A DNA stretch of 64,000 nucleotides from Salinispira sp. (GTDB lineage Bacteria; Spirochaetota; Spirochaetia; DSM-27196; Salinispiraceae). The notes under the pieces were generated by a model. The model did no database searches. It saw only the letters and a program-made list of their open reading frames with translations, and was not told where the DNA came from. Below are positions 60,616 to 64,000 of the stretch, in pieces. How positions within the stretch are numbered: position 1 is the stretch's first letter; each line of letters begins with the position of its first letter. Location: the NCBI GenBank assembly GCA_965602015.1, contig OZ271918.1:1792001-1856000 (forward strand). The letters run 5' to 3'. A program made the position numbers and the translations under genes.

Positions 60616-61632
60616 TCAGATTTTTCTGAACCCCTTAACCCGGGCGGAGACTCCCAGCTCCAAAGGGCTGCTTTTGCCGTCTTTTAAATACTGATAGGCA
60701 ATTCCGGCAATCATCGCCCCGTTATCCGTGCAGAGCTCCATGGCGGGGAAAAAGACCTGATAATCCGGATGCTCGCCCAGACGGGAACGAAGGTAGCTGT
60801 TGGCCGCCACCCCTCCGCCGGCAACTATGGTCCTTATGCCCGTATCTTCCGCTGCCTTCTCCAGTTTTTTTATCAGGCTGTCGATTGCGACCCTCTCGAA
60901 GCTGGCGCAAATGTTTTCTAAACTCTGCTCGCTTTTGCCGTCCCAAAATTTTTCGAGCTGATTGATTGCGGCGTTTTTTAGCCCCGAATAGGACACATCG
61001 TAGTCATGTCCGCCCTTGTAGAGGTTTGAAAAGGGAAAATCGTAGGCTCTGGCATTGCCTTTGCGTGCCAACTCGTCAATTATCCGGCCGCCGGGATACC
61101 CCAATCCGTGATGTTTGGCGACCTTATCAAATGCTTCTCCGCAGGCGTCGTCAATGCTCGCCCCGAGCACCTCGATATCGTCATAGTGTTTGACCAGGGT
61201 GATCATGGTATGCCCGCCGGATACAAGAAGCCCGATGTAGGGATAGGGAATCTCCGCCTCCAACTGGGGAGCATATAAATGAGCGAGGATGTGGTTTACT
61301 CCGGCATAGGGCACGCCGAGAGCCAATGAGAGGGCCTTGGCGAAATTAAGTCCCACCACAAGGGATCCCGTGAGACCCGGATGGGTGGACACGCCGATTC
61401 CATCGATGTCTGCGGGGCCAATGCCCTTTGCGGCGGCGTCGGCCATGCACTGCCGGTAGACCGGGGTAATCATTTCGATGTGCTTGCGTGAAGCGATTTC
61501 CGGTACCACTCCGTCATATGGCTTGTGAAAATCTATTTGTGTGGCCACGATGTGGGAGATAATGTGGGTGCCGTCCCGTACAAGAGCAAAAGAGCACTCG
61601 TCGCAGGAGCTTTCTATTCCGAGGATCAGCAT
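60616..61632 (-). CDS. tsaD: tRNA t6A threonylcarbamoyltransferase
   Basis: ILGIESSCDE; VVPEIASRKH; HILAH; DDACGEAFDK; CTDNGAMI. Confidence 0.98.
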   Translation of the reverse strand: MLILGIESSCDECSFALVRDGTHIISHIVATQIDFHKPYDGVVPEIASRKHIEMITPVYRQCMADAAAKGIGPADIDGIGVSTHPGLTGSLVVGLNFAKALSLALGVPYAGVNHILAHLYAPQLEAEIPYPYIGLLVSGGHTMITLVKHYDDIEVLGASIDDACGEAFDKVAKHHGLGYPGGRIIDELARKGNARAYDFPFSNLYKGGHDYDVSYSGLKNAAINQLEKFWDGKSEQSLENICASFERVAIDSLIKKLEKAAEDTGIRTIVAGGGVAANSYLRSRLGEHPDYQVFFPAMELCTDNGAMIAGIAYQYLKDGKSSPLELGVSARVKGFRKI

Positions 61633-62720
61633 TACTCGCCCTTAAAAATTACCGTGGAGAGAGTGGCAAAGTCATAACCTTCATCGAGAATGAAATCGTA
61701 ATTTTCCAGCAGCACTTCGGCCAGCTCCTCGGTCCACACATGCCCGATTAGCACTGCATGTCCTTTCTGCCGGGCGACAGCTTTTCCCTGCTCGATGGCA
61801 TCCATGATGTAGGCCTTTTCCTTTTGGTTGTCCAAAAACACATCCCTCTCAATAAACGGTATTTCAACGGCCTCAGCCATGAGCGGCACCACTGACTGGG
61901 CGGTGGTGCGCGAGTCGAGAAACAGCATGGAACGCTCGCTGGCGAACTGGAGCACTTCCCGTACAATCCTCACATCTTCAGTGCCCCGGCTTCCCATATG
62001 ATTGTTCATGCCGACCAGACCGGGAACCGAGTCTACATTGCGCTCCAGTTCCCTGCGCAAGTCGCGGTTCGACATATCCGAGCGCAGGGTACCCGGTCCG
62101 GGATTCTGTCCGCTTTGACTTTCCAGCGGCAGATGGAGAATAATCTCCTGACCGGCCTCGGCTATGAGTCGAGCGCTCTCTTTAGAATAATCCAGCTGGG
62201 GAAGAACGGCAAAGGTTATCGGAACGGGAATATCCAAAAACGGCTTTAGCCCGTCAAGGTTGTATCCCACATCGTCAATAACCAAAACCAGGCTGGGTCG
62301 TCTGCCGGCTGCTGCGCCCCGGTCTCCGGTTTCCGGATCTTTTTCCGTCATGCCTGCGGAATCCGGTCCCTCCTGCGAACCGTTTTCTGCCGGCGTCCCC
62401 GCCTGCCCCTCGTCTGATCGAGATCCCATGCTCCCTGGCGAATCAGGGGCATCCCGGTACTCGGGCTCAAAATCCGGAACGCTGCGGTCCTGCGTCGACC
62501 CGCTGCCCCGGGGACTGCTATCCCCCGCCCTCCTGTCCACGGCAATCTGCCCGGACTGGGAAACGCCCCCTGAGGGAGGTAAAAGCAGGAAGATGACAAT
62601 AAGGCTGAAGGAGATGACGCTTAACAGGATTGTCAGGCGGCGCAGGTACTCCGCCCGCCGTTGTGCCGGCGTTTTTTCCGATGCGGATGTTTTTTCAGGA
62701 TGAGCTTTTCTCGACGCCAT
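61632..62720 (-). CDS. Divergent polysaccharide deacetylase (YibQ-like), membrane anchored
   Basis: LVIDDVG, HLPLE, GMNNHMGS, FLDSRT, RDVFLDN, IGH. Confidence 0.92.
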   Translation of the reverse strand: MASRKAHPEKTSASEKTPAQRRAEYLRRLTILLSVISFSLIVIFLLLPPSGGVSQSGQIAVDRRAGDSSPRGSGSTQDRSVPDFEPEYRDAPDSPGSMGSRSDEGQAGTPAENGSQEGPDSAGMTEKDPETGDRGAAAGRRPSLVLVIDDVGYNLDGLKPFLDIPVPITFAVLPQLDYSKESARLIAEAGQEIILHLPLESQSGQNPGPGTLRSDMSNRDLRRELERNVDSVPGLVGMNNHMGSRGTEDVRIVREVLQFASERSMLFLDSRTTAQSVVPLMAEAVEIPFIERDVFLDNQKEKAYIMDAIEQGKAVARQKGHAVLIGHVWTEELAEVLLENYDFILDEGYDFATLSTVIFKGE

Positions 62721-62851
62721 AGGTTTTATTGAAACTACTCCGGCTAAGTGAATGAGGTCAAGCCGGGTCGCACCGCTTCGGACGCCCTATAAAGCTGCGG
62801 ATATTAGGCAGTGAACTGCGAGCACGTTCCACCCCGATCCGCAATAGCGGA

Positions 62852-63715
62852 TCAGGCGTCGATGAAGTCCTGTAAGGAGCTGGCATGCTGGCGGAGTTTT
62901 CTGATGGATCGCATTTCAATTTGCCGGACAGTTTCCGGGCTGACCTCGAGGATGACGGCGATTTCCTTCAGGGTAAGCTTTTCCTGCCCCCAGAGCCCGT
63001 AGCGGTTGATCACTACGAACTGCTCCCGGTCTTCCAAATTGGAAAGCAGCTCGCGCATGGTATCGTTCATGGAGTGGTCGAGCAGCTCTTTTTCCGGGGC
63101 ATAGGAATAATCCTCATACAAGTCGTACATGGTCCCCGCCTCGTTGGAGAGCTGGCTGTCGAGGCTGACCAGGCGCTCGGAAATATTGAGGATATCTACA
63201 ACTTCTTCCCGGGTAATGTGCAGGTATTCGGCGATTTCTTCAGTGGTGGGGGTGCGCATCATTTTCTGGGAAAGAGCATTAAACGCCGCCTGCACCTTTT
63301 TCAAAACATCTTCTTTTCTGTGAGGGATGCGGATTGAACGCCGCTTGTTGCTGATTGCCCGGCTTATGGACTGCTTGATCCACCAGGAGGCGTAGGTTGA
63401 AAATCGCACCTTCTTTCGGTAATCATATTTACTCACCGCGTGCAACAGTCCCAGGTTGCCTTCCTGAACCAGATCGAGCAATCCGATGCCGGAGGACAGG
63501 TACTGTCGGGCGATTTTAACAACCAGCCGCAGATTTGATTCGACCAGACGCTGGCGCGCCTGAGCATCGCCGCCCATTATACGACGGGAAAGATCCAGCT
63601 CTTCCTCGAACTCCAGCAAGGGGTTATCCTTGATCTGCGTAAAATACGCCTGGAGTACGTCGTCGGCGTTTGCTCGTCGAGAGCTTTTAGCTACTGGTGC
63701 AACGGTATCTGACAT
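62852..63715 (-). CDS. rpoS: Group 2 sigma-70 factor, RpoS-like
   Basis: Region 1.2 YFTQI, NLRLVVKIA, DLVQEGNLGL, RFSTYASWWIKQ, region 4 HTH; lacks region 1.1; sigma-54 promoter as in Borrelia rpoS. Confidence 0.75.
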   Translation of the reverse strand: MSDTVAPVAKSSRRANADDVLQAYFTQIKDNPLLEFEEELDLSRRIMGGDAQARQRLVESNLRLVVKIARQYLSSGIGLLDLVQEGNLGLLHAVSKYDYRKKVRFSTYASWWIKQSISRAISNKRRSIRIPHRKEDVLKKVQAAFNALSQKMMRTPTTEEIAEYLHITREEVVDILNISERLVSLDSQLSNEAGTMYDLYEDYSYAPEKELLDHSMNDTMRELLSNLEDREQFVVINRYGLWGQEKLTLKEIAVILEVSPETVRQIEMRSIRKLRQHASSLQDFIDA

Positions 63716-63736
63716 AATGTCCTCCGAGGACTATAA

Positions 63737-63752
63737 TGCAATTTCCGTGCCA
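63737..63752 (-). promoter_or_regulatory. Sigma-54 (-24/-12) promoter of the rpoS-like gene
   Basis: TGGCAC-GGAAA-TTGCA, a perfect consensus 21 nt upstream of the ATG, with a GGAGG RBS between. Confidence 0.88.
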
Positions 63753-64000
63753 GTTTTTGACTATTTTTTCAAGAGATGTAATTCTATATCCTGTAAAGAC
63801 ATAAATAAAACCGGGCGCTTAACCCGGCTATATCGAATTAAATTGTATACTATTTTATACAGTGCTGGTGATTATATTCTTATTTATGAATTCTCTCCGC
63901 CGTCAATGGACCCGGAAAACTGGTTGATAATCATGTCGGCAATCCCAAAGTCTCCCCGTCTGGCGATGTCCCTCGAATATTCAGTATATAGCATGTCTTC

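Overview
A 64-kb bacterial chromosome segment, most likely from a free-living spirochaete (Spirochaetia). This is inferred from the gene order obgE-nadD-yqeK-LCP-rsfS and spoVG-rplY-pth-tilS-ftsH, the lipoproteins, and an RpoN-type promoter on an RpoS-like sigma gene. From about 14.5 kb onward it is mostly housekeeping: ppiD-like, lepA, a degenerate chemotaxis-like cluster, an HtrA protease, ftsH, tilS, pth, rplY, spoVG, nadBCD, obgE, rpmA/prp/rplU, gltBD, argS, cimA, carAB, apt, tsaD and rpoS-like. The window has four tRNAs. The first 14 kb is accessory. It holds a translationally coupled operon joining a PhcB-like signal methyltransferase to a PhcS-like membrane sensor fused to a PP2C phosphatase, plus a kinase/STAS partner switch; this is a candidate new quorum-sensing circuit. 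It also holds an 8-copy 43-bp hairpin array, a WYL-regulator islet with visible operators, and tRNA-Pro-linked repeats, one interrupted by a single copy of the array motif. Regulatory elements read directly from the sequence include an Ile-rich leader-peptide attenuator upstream of cimA, sigma-54 promoters on gltB (with tandem palindromic enhancer sites) and rpoS, and an ECF-type promoter. All family assignments come from motif recognition, not database searches.
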